Origin: Octopus vulgaris
Taxonomy: Eukaryota
NCBI GenBank assembly: GCA_951406725.2
Contig: OX597820.1
Span: forward strand, 88,226,001-88,290,000
Direction: 5' to 3'
DNA: 64,000 bases
Shown piece after piece: positions 51,544 to 64,000 of this stretch. Each line of letters starts with the position of its first letter. Positions within the stretch are counted from its first letter, which is position 1. A program made the translations under genes and the position numbers. The notes beneath the pieces are model-generated. The model ran no database searches. It was not told where the DNA came from and saw only the letters and a program-made list of their open reading frames with translations.

Positions 51544-52313
51544 GTGTGTGTGTGTGTGTATAAGTTTTTATCTGTTTTAGAAACGGGAGCCCACCGCAAG
51601 TAAAGCATATATCGCTTCAATAGCCGATGAACTTTGAACCTAGGTGTCACAAGCACAGTCATTCGTTTCAGGACTCAGGTAGAAGAATATGACTTCATTT
51701 TCGGCAGACATCTGAAGCTCGAAGGATAGGAATATCAAATATGGAAGATTATGGTAAAGACCATAAGTAAAAAGATAAGCAAAATGAATTAGGATTTATG
51801 TGCTACTGAATCAATGAGGATGCTTTTTGCTAAGGATTCGTTTCGAAATAAGAATTCATTTTGGGTTGTTAGCTGAGAACTTACACGATGTACTTACTCT
51901 ACAGCGCCGGCGTGGCTATGAGGTAAGAAGCTTGCGTCTCCAACCACATAGTTCTGGGTTCAGTCCCCCTGTGTGGAACCTTAGGCAGTTGTCTTCTACT
52001 AAAGCCTCGAGCCAACCAAAACTTTGTGGGTGGATTTGGCAGACATAAACTGAAAGAAGCCCGTCGCGTATACATATATATTATTTTCTAGTCTAGGCAC
52101 AAGGTCCGAAATTTTTGGGGAAGGGTCTAGTCGATGAGATCGATCCCAGTACGTAACTAGTATTTAATTTATCGACCCCGAAAGGATGAAAGGCGGAATT
52201 TGAACTCAGAGCATAAAGACAGACGAAATACCGCAAAGCCATTTCGCCCGGAGAGCTAACGTTTCTGTCAGCTCTCCATATATATATATATATATATATA
52301 AATATGCGAGCGT

Positions 52314-52407
<94 letters not shown>

Positions 52408-52749
52408 ATATATATATATCTTTTATCTTTTACTTGCTTCAGTCATTAGACTGGGGTCTTAAAGAATTTTTAGTCAAATGTATTAAAATATCAGCAACAT
52501 CAAATGGAAGTCTCTATCTGTATTCCTGCGGTTATAGAAATACAGATTGGAAATACTATTTGATATCGCTGATATTTCAATACAAGTATCAACAATAGCA
52601 TATGACCCGCCTTGACCAATATCAGGACTATCTCCAGTAGCCATTTTGAACTTCCTTTATAACTCCATTCAGTCAACTAAAACTGGAGAGCTAGGTTCGT
52701 GTGTCAAACCCACGAAAATTTGTTGTATGAAGTTGAATCAAACAGTTAA

Positions 52750-52816
<67 letters not shown>

Positions 52817-53432
52817 TGATGATGATGATGATGATAATAATAATAATTATTATTTCTTTACTACCCACAAGGGGCTAAACACAGAGGGGACAAACAAGGA
52901 CAGATATCGACCCCAGTGCGTAACTGGTACTTAATTTATCGACCCCGAAAGGATGAAAGGCAAAGTCGGGATAATACTTTCTTTTAGTGGCCATAAAGGC
53001 AGAACACAAAACAAATAGGGACGATACAATACAAGGGACAAGTGGGGTGTTGAACAATGCCGTGTATACAATAAGTAAGAAAAGCAATTAACATAATTAA
53101 ACAATAAAAATTCCCGTGTGTGTGCAAGCGTGTGTGTACGCGCGCATGTGTATGTTGCAAGGAGCTATCAAATTCCGTGCTCGTTGATACCTTCCTTTTT
53201 TCTTTTATGTATAACTACAACATCTACACAATATTAGAATTCCTTGCATAATCAATCACTCAACGTCTATCCGAAACAGCTGTAAAAATAAAATTTGATA
53301 AGTTGCATGTTATTTGATACTTGCACCTTTCCCTATCACTACAATTTTTACGCCTGTTATTATTTGCCTGTCTTCGTATATACACGTGCACACTCTTATA
53401 TATATAAATAAATAAAGATAGATAGATAGATG

Positions 53433-53473
<41 letters not shown>

Positions 53474-53972
53474 GTACACACACATACTATATAATATAAA
53501 TACATACGCACACACACCACACAAATATATGTATGTATGTGTGCATACATACATATACATATATCCATTTGTATCATACTTAACGTATATATAGCGTTGA
53601 TAAGCCCGTTACTGCGGTGTTTGTCTTGAGGCGACATTTCTGTTGGATGTGCTGTGTTACAGACTCGATAAATATCAGAGTAGGACGAATATCCGTCCCA
53701 GAAGCGGCCAGCTGGTTCTTCACAAAGATACAAAGATAAATCGTTGGAATGTAGTTAGCAAAACAATGTCACATTTTGAACTTGAAACAAGTCCTGCTCA
53801 ATTTTACTGTCCCGCTTACAATGCAGGTATGCATGCTTGTATGTATGTATTTATGTATGTAAGTACGTATCTATGTGTACATGCATGTATGTATGTATGT
53901 ATGTATGTATGTATGTATGTATGTATGTATGTATGTATGTATGTAGTATGTATGTATATATGTATGTATGCA

Positions 53973-54753
53973 TGTATGACATTGTTCAGATTTATTCCAA
54001 GGTTTCTTGCCAATGGAGAAAGGACCGGTTTCTAACCTAGATCCAAGGCTCCTTCATTGGAATTTCAACATCAACAACAGGGTATTTTTATTTGTATGTA
54101 TGTATATGTGAAGATTTGTATGTTTTGTTTTATGTATGTATTCTCATGCATATAGTTACATATCTAGACATGCTCATGTATATTTAAATGATAAACTTCT
54201 GGAAAGTTTTACAGATTTTTTTTACAGTTCCAGTCATGGATTATATCTGTAGTCTTCGAATTAGCTTTCACCTTTCTGGTTTTGAGAAGCCTAATTTCTC
54301 AATATTGGGATTTAGTCAATGTGTTACATATCCCAGTGCCCCAATAATTACAGGTATAAACCTGAACTTGTAGTCTGGATAGAGTAACTACAGATTTCTC
54401 AGTAGTATGTATATGTGCATATTTTGTTTTGTGTATGCATTCTCATGCATATAGTTGCATGTCTAGACATGCTCATATATACTTAAATGATAAACTTCTG
54501 TAAAGTTTTACTGATTTTTACAGTTCCAGTGTAGTCTTCGAATCAGCTTTCTCCTTTCTGGAGAAGCCTAATTTCGCAAGATTGGGATTAAGGCAGTATG
54601 TTACATATCCCAGTGCCCCAATAATTACAGGTACAAACCTGAACTTGTAATCCGGATAAAGTAACTGCAGATTTTTCAATAGTTCATCATCGGTATTCTC
54701 TTTTACACTGATCATCAGCTTTATGTTAACATCCGCTGGGCAGCTTATTTCCA
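53973..54753 (-). mobile_element. Dong/R4-clade (RLE) LINE 3' ends, two tandem truncated pieces
   Basis: EISCPADVNI-----KE---ELL--LQLLYP-Y-F-FVPVIIGALG (restriction-like endonuclease C-terminus); (TATG)n on both sides. Confidence 0.8.
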
Positions 54754-54855
54754 TGTATGTATGTATGTATGTATGTATGTATGTATGTATGTATGTATGT
54801 CCGGGGAAAGTTCATAAGTCAAGAAAGAAAAAAGAAAAAATCATACTCAATGTCA

Positions 54856-55255
54856 TCTTTATATATAAAAGTGAAGTTGTGTGTCTGTCTCCTACGATTT
54901 AGATTCCTAACTACTCCCACATTTTGCGGTGCAGTTTAACCAAAACCGGGTATCTTATAGTCATGATTCATATCGAGCCCTTCTGAGTATTAGCACGCGT
55001 CTACGATGAGTCTACGATTTAAAAAAAAATTACCATCAATTTTTCCCATTTTTAATGCATTTTTGGCATATATAAGGGAAGTAACTCTCTAAAAATTTAT
55101 TATTAAATCTCAGAACGTAAAAAGCTACAGTAACCCCCCCCCCCCCCGCCTTTGTGGTTAGCCATATTGAGATGGGTATTATACTTTACATCTCTAAAAA
55201 TGCTTATATAGTTATTTCCCTTACAAACTCGAGCAACGCCAGGCGATACTGCTAG
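54856..55255 (+). mobile_element. Non-autonomous Helitron; related 3' end at ~59200-59499
   Basis: A|TCTTTATATATAAAAG start, GC-rich subterminal hairpin region cgagcaacgcc, CTAG|T end, no TSD. Confidence 0.85.
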
Positions 55256-55861
55256 TAAATTATTAAAAAAAAAACATATTCCGTCAAGGAAATTTACCGG
55301 ATGATTAAATATGAAAACAAAATCCCTCGCTATACTTTTTCGGTCAAGTACGTCTGGTGATTGCTTAATCATGCTTTCTGCTTAGAAAATCATGATTTCG
55401 CTTGTTACCCGGTAACTTTGCGTCACCTTCTTAATTTACAACATTGTACTATAATTACACACGCACACACACTCGCGTACACACACACGCACTCACACAA
55501 AAACACACTCACACGCATATATATAAATACACACACACACACATATATATGTATATATATACAATTACCATATATATACATGCTCACACACACACGCACA
55601 CACACATGCTTATAAACACATGTGTATTTGTAAGTATACGTGTGTGTGTGTGTGTATGCATGTGTGTTTGCATGTATGTGTCATGTTCCACACAAATAGA
55701 GAGATTTAGAATGCTTCTAAATTCTATTTTTGTTCTTCATTTTTCTTTTTCATTTCCCCAACCAACTTCACAATTACAACGATAGAATGTAGCTGTCATT
55801 ATGCGCGCGCGTGGTGTATGTTTGTGCGTGTGTGCCTGTAGATAGAAATATAGATAGATAA

Positions 55862-55918
<57 letters not shown>

Positions 55919-55943
55919 CAGACAGATAGATAGATAGAGAGAG

Positions 55944-56012
<69 letters not shown>

Positions 56013-56040
56013 TATAGATAGATAGATAGATAGATAGATA

Positions 56041-56511
56041 TGTTTCTTTATTAGCCACACAGGGCTGCACACAGATAGAACAAATTACAAGGTAGAGCTT
56101 TTCTTTTGAAGGTTTAAAAAAAAAAAAAAAAAAAAAGGAAGGGGGAGTTTCGATCAAAAGGGATCGTAAAAGGAGAGAAAGAGGACAAAAAAAGGGGGGT
56201 TAAAAAAAAGGGGGGAGGAAAAAAATTGATCAATAGGGATCGTTATCACAGAAATGTCAATATGAAGTGTAAAGGGGAGGACAGGTGAGGTTTACCCGTG
56301 GAAAGAAAAGCCTACGGAAAAGACCACGGTAACCTCGGTCAATGAAGTCACATTTTATATTTCTTTTTTTTTTTTTTTTTTGCAAATAAGCAACTCTCTG
56401 TTTTCGATTTCTGGGTTCATAGGACTATGCTCAAGGTGGCTTCGTCATTCATACGTGCCATTCTTGCTACATTCACCCATCTTTTTTTAAAACATTCGCT
56501 AGACAAAACTT

Positions 56512-56512
<1 letters not shown>
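56041..56512 (-). mobile_element. Probable Tx1-like LINE 3' end embedded in (GATA)n
   Basis: ORF end QVLSSECFKKRWVNVARMARMNDEATLSIVL*, pyrimidine-rich UTR, terminus gccctgtgtggctAATAAAgaaac; microsatellite on both sides. Confidence 0.65.
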
Positions 56513-56559
<47 letters not shown>

Positions 56560-57122
56560 TAGAGAGAGATTGATTGATAAATATAAAAATTAATATACAT
56601 GCGTATAGATACGTATATTTACACACCCACACACACATATACATGCCGTCTTGACTTAACGGCCCTCACCGTTTGTTTTTACTGCTTTGTTCTCACTGTC
56701 CTGTTCTTGTTACCACTTTCACCCTCCGTAAAAGATCCTAAATTTTATTTAATTTGCTTTGCGGTAAGGGCTGTTTCAACGAAGTCGCGTCTTGCCCTTG
56801 CCTTCGTAACGCGGAGTAGATGAAACAGGGACAACTGAAGAAAAGGAATATTCTTTATGTTGCATGCCTCGTTTCTCTGTTTGTTTTTTTCGTTGTTCGA
56901 AAAAAAGTTCGTTTCTATGTTTTTGTTTTTATGTTTTCGTTTCTCATTGTGTTCAATGTTTTTTTAATGTCCTGTACCATACATATGTAGGTATGTACAT
57001 ATATGTATGTATATATGCATATATTTATATATTATTTATATTATATTATATTATATTATAATATATTATATATATATATATATATATAATATAATATAAT
57101 ATAATATTATATTATATTATAT

Positions 57123-57162
<40 letters not shown>

Positions 57163-57166
<4 letters not shown>

Positions 57167-57377
57167 TGGTGCAAAAGTTGGCATACAGTTTATGCAAAAA
57201 GAAAACACGTACAATACTCATTTATTTTTTATCAAAAGCATTAAAAGTTACAATAAAAGTATTATTACGATCAATGACTCTGAAAATATCGAAAATGAGG
57301 TTAACTCATTTAATGTGCTAATAATTTTAAAGAATTATAACGGATGTGATACTGTATACCTACTTTTGCACCTCCTG
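57163..57377. mobile_element. Tc1/mariner-type MITE
   Basis: Imperfect TIRs ggtgcaaaagt.gg.atacagt. Confidence 0.65.
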
Positions 57378-57388
57378 CATACACACAC

Positions 57389-57471
<83 letters not shown>

Positions 57472-58599
57472 ACAAATAGACGACGGCCTTTTTCAGTTTC
57501 CGTTTACCAAATCCTCACAAGACTTTGGTCGGACCTCGGAGGCTATAGTAGAAGATACATACAAGGTGTCATGCAGTGGGACTGAACCCGATACCATGTG
57601 GTTGGGAAACAAGCTTCTTACCACACAACCACGCCGCTACCCATAATGATTAAAAATAGAAGAGAATACACACGCACACGCATACATACATAAAAATACA
57701 TAATACATACATACATACATACATACATACATACATACATACACACACACATCCTTACGAGGGTGGAATAACTCTCTTTTACTCTTTACTCTTTTACTTG
57801 TTTCAGTCATTTGATTGCGGCCATGCTGGAGCACCGCCTTTAGTCGAGCAACTCGACCCCGGGACTTATTCTTTTGTAAGCCCAGTACTTATTCTATCGG
57901 TCTCTTTTTGCCGAACCGCTAAGTGACGGGGACGTAAACATACCAGCATCGGTTGTCAAGCAATGCTAGGGGAACAAACACAGACACACAAACACACACA
58001 CACATATATATATATACGACAGGTTTCTTTCAGTTTCCGTCTACCAAATCCACTCACAAGGCATTGGTCGGCCCGGGGCTATAGCAGAAGACACTTGCCC
58101 AAGGTGCCACGCAGTTGGACTGAACCCGGAACCATGTGGTTGGTTAGCAAGCTACTTACCACACAGCCACTCCTGTTAAATTCTTGTGATAATAAATACC
58201 TCGCTTTTTTATTGTAAAGCGAGATGATAAGTTTTACAAGGATGAAACAGAACTGATCGATATTAAAGGTGACAAGTAACTAAGGTGTAGGTGTATATGT
58301 GAGTGTAATCAGGGCATTGAGTTGGACACTAATGTGCCGTTTCCGCAATTTCGTATGCCTGTGTATTTGATAATGGTATGCTAAAAGAGAAAAGAATATA
58401 AGTGTTGAATAAGCTATTTGGGTAGCTGTATGTCACTTTAACTATTTAGCATGCATTTAATGAGGCACTTCTTCGTGTGTGTAGTAGTGACAAATTTGAC
58501 ATATAGAAGCAATAAACATCTCAATTAGAAGATATACAAATTAAATTTGATGTTTATAACTGAGGTGTCAAAGGAAAAGGGGGAATCTTGCGTGGGTGT

Positions 58600-59100
58600 T
58601 AGTTGTCTTGGAAAACAACTGTCTATTTTGCAATTCAGTTGTGTGGTAGTGTATCTGTCCAATTATTCAGCAATTATTTCTCGGAGTGTTTACATCCATT
58701 AAAGACTCCAGATCTGACAGTTAAATAATTGATTTGTTGAACTCCATAAGTTGTATTTAGTTCACATATTTTTGTGCTTCCATCTTACGTCGAATGCAAC
58801 GTCATCTTATAATGTGTAGAGATCATTTGACAGTTTGGTTGTGTTCTTCTTATACATTTTCTTAAAGGAACGATTTTGGTTGAAATATCTTTGAATGTAC
58901 CTTTTACCATACAAATCTGCTTTCGTTCGATACTTAGATTTGGTTTAGTGGAGGTAACCTTTGCATGATAATTAATTTGTTCATTGTTAGATGACTGATT
59001 AAGACAGCGTACAATTATATTCCTTCATATGTAGATTACTTCAGCTGCACTAGGTAGATAATATGCGATTAAGATTTTTTATACATTGGTGGTACAACTG
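58600..59100 (-). mobile_element. Highly decayed Penelope-like GIY-YIG fragment
   Basis: Minus-strand translation YHAKVTS...KGTFK...NRSFKKMYKKNTTKLS...VRWK resembles the PLE endonuclease region. Confidence 0.5.
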
Positions 59101-60024
59101 TAGTTAAATCTCTCTCTGTATAAAGCTGAAGTTGTCTGTGTATGGAAGGTTTGGTAGCCTTCAACTAACACTATCTCCTCCGAGACCCTGCTGCGCAACT
59201 TGACCAAAATTGAGATTATGATAGAAGAAGGCTTGCTCTTCCTTCCGTAGGAGAAAAAATTCAAATCGGACCATGTTAAGACCAAAAATTATTTACATCA
59301 AAAAGGTGCTTTTTTTCTATGAAAATCCCTATTTTTTGCAATTTTTTTACTGCTGTGTCGCCATTTTTCGGTATATTTCAACCAGAAAAATGTTCACTTA
59401 AAGAGAATAACAAGCTACATAATGCAAAATTTTTAATTTTAAAAATTCCAATTCTAAAGGGTTGAAACAAACCCGAGCAACGCCGGGCGATACTGCTACT
59501 TTTAAGCTATTTCTGTTAAGTAATTCCCTACAGTGGTGATTAACTAAGAACTGCTCATTTATTAAGGTAACACGTTGCTCTGTGGGATTTAACATTTGAA
59601 GAGAAGTGAGGTATGTACCAGATTTTTCGGCAACTGGATTTATTTCAGAATATTTCCTTGGATGCACCAAAGATTTCGTTGAAACTCAAACATTCAAAAT
59701 AAATTTGAGTACATGAAAGTCAGAATTGAAAAAGATAGAAAACAGAAATTAAACAAGAGATAGATAAGTAGAATAAGAAATGATAAGTTGAATAAATAGA
59801 CAGATAAATATGGCGACCGTCTATTCTGTTGACTCGCCGATAATTCCCACGCAGACACCCACTTAAAGATGCTTATGCATCAGGAGTGGCTGTGTGGTAA
59901 GTAGCTTGCTTACCAACCACATGGTCCTAGGTTCAGTCCCACAGTATGGAACCTTGGGTAAGTGTCTTCTATTATAGCTTTGTGAGTGTGAATTAGGTAG
60001 ACGGAAACTGAAAGAAGCCCGTCG

Positions 60025-60061
<37 letters not shown>

Positions 60062-60280
60062 ATGTGTGTGTGTGTTTGTGTATCTGTGTTTGTCCCCCCA
60101 ACATCGTTTGACAACTGATGATGGTGTGTTTATGTCCCCGTAACTTAGTGGTTCGCCAAAAGAGAACGATAGAATAAGTACTAGGCTTACAAAGAATAAG
60201 CTCTGGGATGGATTTGTTCGACTAAAGGCGGTGCTTTACATGGCCATAGTCAAATGATTGAAACAAATAAAAGAGTGAAA

Positions 60281-60442
<162 letters not shown>

Positions 60443-60455
60443 TAATAATAATAAT

Positions 60456-60519
<64 letters not shown>

Positions 60520-60521
<2 letters not shown>

Positions 60522-61664
60522 CCTGACGTATCTCTGGCTTTACAAAAGAATATTTACAAACCCTATAGAAAGCCCAACGATAGACTTAGTTATATTAATG
60601 TAGGTTCCTGCCACCCGTCTCACCCCCATAGTGTTTAAGAATTTAGTGAAGAATATTAGTAGGAGAAATTCTAGGCTCTCTTCTCATTTAATAATGCTGC
60701 CCCAATATATAACAAAGCTCTTAAAGATAGTGGATTTAAAGAGGAAATAGCTTACACATCTGCTATTAAACCAGAAATAAAGAAAAGAAAACATAGACAC
60801 AGGAAAATTATCTGGTTCACACCCCCTTACTCCCCCGAAGTGACCTTTAATATAGGTAAATATTTCTTGTTACTTATAGATAGACACTTTCCAATAAATC
60901 ATAACTATCGGAAATTCTTTAAAAGGAATAACCTAAAAATTAGTTTTAGTTCAATCACAAATTTTAAAAGCATAATTGCAAACAACACACACAAAAAACC
61001 CAACATGGAGCCGACGGTTCCTGCAGGGATAAGGACTTATGCCCTCTAAATGGAGCCTGTATGATCGAGGCCATTATTTGTGAAGCCACCGTAAATTCTA
61101 CGAAGGCAATTAACACAGGGGTCTCACACCTTAAGCTTCAGACCCTGTGATAAACGAAAAATGACCAAATTATTCAGTCATATATGGTTCTTGGAAGATA
61201 AGGTGTTAACTATAAGATTTATTGGAAGATCTTGGCCAAGTGTAAACCTTACACCAACGGTAGTAGTAAGTGCGGTCCTTGTGATATGGTAAGATGGCTC
61301 ATCTGGAAAAGTCCCTTGGAGCCCGCTACATGCCTAAATTCAAGAACTGTACTTTTTGGGGTCATGTCCCTATATAACAAAATACCTGTTACGGTTTTGG
61401 GCCCCCACCCAAGATCACGGATAGAACTGCATTTTTAATATATTTCTGTACAAGCTTTCCATATGTCTTAAGATTTTTATTGTTTTATATATTTTTCATT
61501 TTCTCCTTTTTAATTGTGAGCGTGTATATGTGTACGCGTGTATGTATGTATATAAGTGGAGGACTTTCATGCACACGTCTCCTTCTTGTATACGTATATG
61601 TATATGCATATACTTGCATATCTGCGGTTATAGGTGTGTGATAGGAGGGTATATACGTACATAC

Positions 61665-61723
<59 letters not shown>

Positions 61724-62220
61724 CATATATATATACATACATACATATATATTTGTGTACATATGTACATATATGTATATTCATATATGCGGTGAGTGTG
61801 AATGTATGCCTCTATGACTATGACTATGTATATATATATATGTATGTGTATATGAGGATGAAGCTGTGTGCATATATACATACATGTGTGTCTGCGTGTA
61901 TGTGTGTTTGGATATGTGTATGAGTAAGTAAATGCACATATATGTTTGTGTGTGTATGGGCATGCACATATACATGTTTGTGACGTATGTAGACGTTATG
62001 AACGCAGGAGGTTTTATGTCTGTGTATAGTGAGAATATGGTTGTGTGTATTTTTTATCTTTTTATATATTTTTTCTACCTATTGGAGTAACTTCCCTTTT
62101 ATTCAACTTTTTTATAGTATCTATCGTTATAATAGCCGATGAGAATGCATCGTAGCTCTTAGATCCAGCATTTGAAACTCTGAGTCCTATTATGACAACT
62201 TACTGATTGTCCTAAACTAT
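60520..62220 (+). mobile_element. Penelope-like element remnant (RT C-terminus and GIY-YIG region, 3' UTR with hammerhead)
   Basis: Broken frames YKPYRKPND-L-YIN--S-HP, RKIIWF-PPYS--V-FNIGKYFL-LIDRHFP, CPLNGAC, WKIL-KCKPYTNGSSKC. Joined 5' to (AAT)n. Confidence 0.85.
62129..62193 (+). ncRNA. Type I hammerhead ribozyme motif downstream of a Penelope-like ORF remnant (U4C variant)
   Basis: AUAAUAG-CCGAUGA-GAAUGC..GCAUUU-GAAA-CUC(U)GAG-UC-CUAUUAU: perfect 7-bp helix I and GUC triplet. Confidence 0.75.
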
Positions 62221-62664
62221 ACATGTATATATATATATATTATATACATACATACATACATGCATACATACATACAAATATATTTGCCTATATATTTATA
62301 GAGACGCAAAACGTGTGTATATGCATGTATGTATGTGTTGTAGATATTTATATACATATATAGACACGTGCAAACATACATGCGAAATAGTGCTACACTT
62401 ACGTGCTACACACGGCCATGCAAATGTCTGTATAGATACAAGCATACATACAGATTCTTACAGATAGTTATTTACATACACATGCATTCATAAACGTCTC
62501 TATTCGCACAGGACTAGATGATGTGTGTTCGCAAACAACACAGAGGCACAGACATGCATATATGCATACATATACAGGTGGGCCAAAAGTCACGCACAAA
62601 AGTTCACTGTGCTTCCGAATTGTCAGAGATAAGTTTCAATTTTTCTATAATAATAATAATAATA

Positions 62665-62699
<35 letters not shown>

Positions 62700-63066
62700 T
62701 ATAATTTCTGCTATAGGCACAAGGCCTGAAATTTTGGGGGAGGTGGCTAGTAGATTGCATCAACCCCAGTGTTTCACTGCTACTTAATTTATTGACCCCG
62801 AAAAAATGGAAGGCAAAGTCGACCTCGGTGGAATTTGAATTTAGAACGTAAAGACGGACGAAATACCGTTAGACATTTTCCCCGGTATATCATGTTAAGA
62901 AAACATCTTAACAATTTGGAAATGAACAACAATTTCTCCATCGGATCAACTCGAATAATTAAGATATTTTCTTAACACGAAACCAATGATAGACTTAATA
63001 CACTAATAAAGAATCTTTATCCACCAATACAGTTTTGAGCACTGGTTCTCATTGTTCGACATTTAA

Positions 63067-63209
<143 letters not shown>

Positions 63210-63305
63210 AATAAAAATTATATATAAAGAAACAAGAACGTGAAATACACAAAGGGACGAACACAGAAAACAGACAGGTCATTCGAAGCCTTTAATCTTC
63301 AATCA

Positions 63306-63395
<90 letters not shown>

Positions 63396-63476
63396 CATAT
63401 ATACATATATTCCGTAGTATCAGCACCAAGCAATACTTAGGCATAAGCGAATTTTAGATTAGTTAAAATATGTTTG

Positions 63477-63533
<57 letters not shown>

Positions 63534-64000
63534 GTGTGAGCGACCATAAATCGATGTACTTCAGTTATGATGCACTTTAATGCTAGAATACGAAGGAGGA
63601 GACACTGCAAATTGAAAATTGTTGGAAGTTGTCAGGTTTCACAACAGTATATTATTATATTGTCAGTATATAAAAAAGAAATCAATAAAATGGAGTTTGA
63701 TTTCACTCTAATAGTAGATTCTTTGTACTGTTGTAGACAAACAAGAAACTTTTGTCGAAAACAGAAATAAGAGTACAAGAGCTTCGACTTAAAATCGAAT
63801 CAGCAGAGACTGATAAAGTATTTCGACTTGACACATTAAATGATGTTTCTATTGTGTTTGCCTAAGCAAAACATGGACAACTTTTTCCCGTGAATCGGGC
63901 CGCATGAGACATGGCTCATCACCTGGCGGGTCGCACTACTAAAAAATTGAGGGTAATTTTTGGTAGGGTGCGCCATTCAGAAAGCACTGTGACTGGTCTA

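Overview
AT-rich, microsatellite- and transposon-dense animal genomic DNA. The SINE repertoire and repeat density strongly suggest an octopus or other coleoid cephalopod (inference). The only host gene I can support is the 5' part of an ANKMY1-like gene on the minus strand: four phase-compatible MORN-repeat exons (14432-14219, 13325-13231, 8801-8655, 3577-3107; 309 codons) that run off the left edge, plus a possible first exon near 20.9 kb. The rest is intronic or intergenic. It holds four or five SINE families, decayed RTE, CR1/L2, Tx1, Dong/R4 and Penelope-like retroelements, and mariner, Tc2-type, hAT, Merlin, MULE-like, piggyBac-like and Helitron DNA elements. Most ORF-track entries are translations of microsatellites or SINEs. 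The most interesting signals are: (1) several type I hammerhead-ribozyme motifs, two sharing a CCGAUGA core variant and one defining a 658-bp retrozyme/Penelope-like unit; (2) a SINE forming head-to-tail arrays with recurrent nucleotide-exact junctions and a Tx1-like 3' tail; (3) retroelements apparently targeting (TCTA)n and (TACA)n microsatellites; (4) a CpG-decay boundary marking the gene body. Repeat boundaries are approximate unless TIRs or TSDs are quoted.
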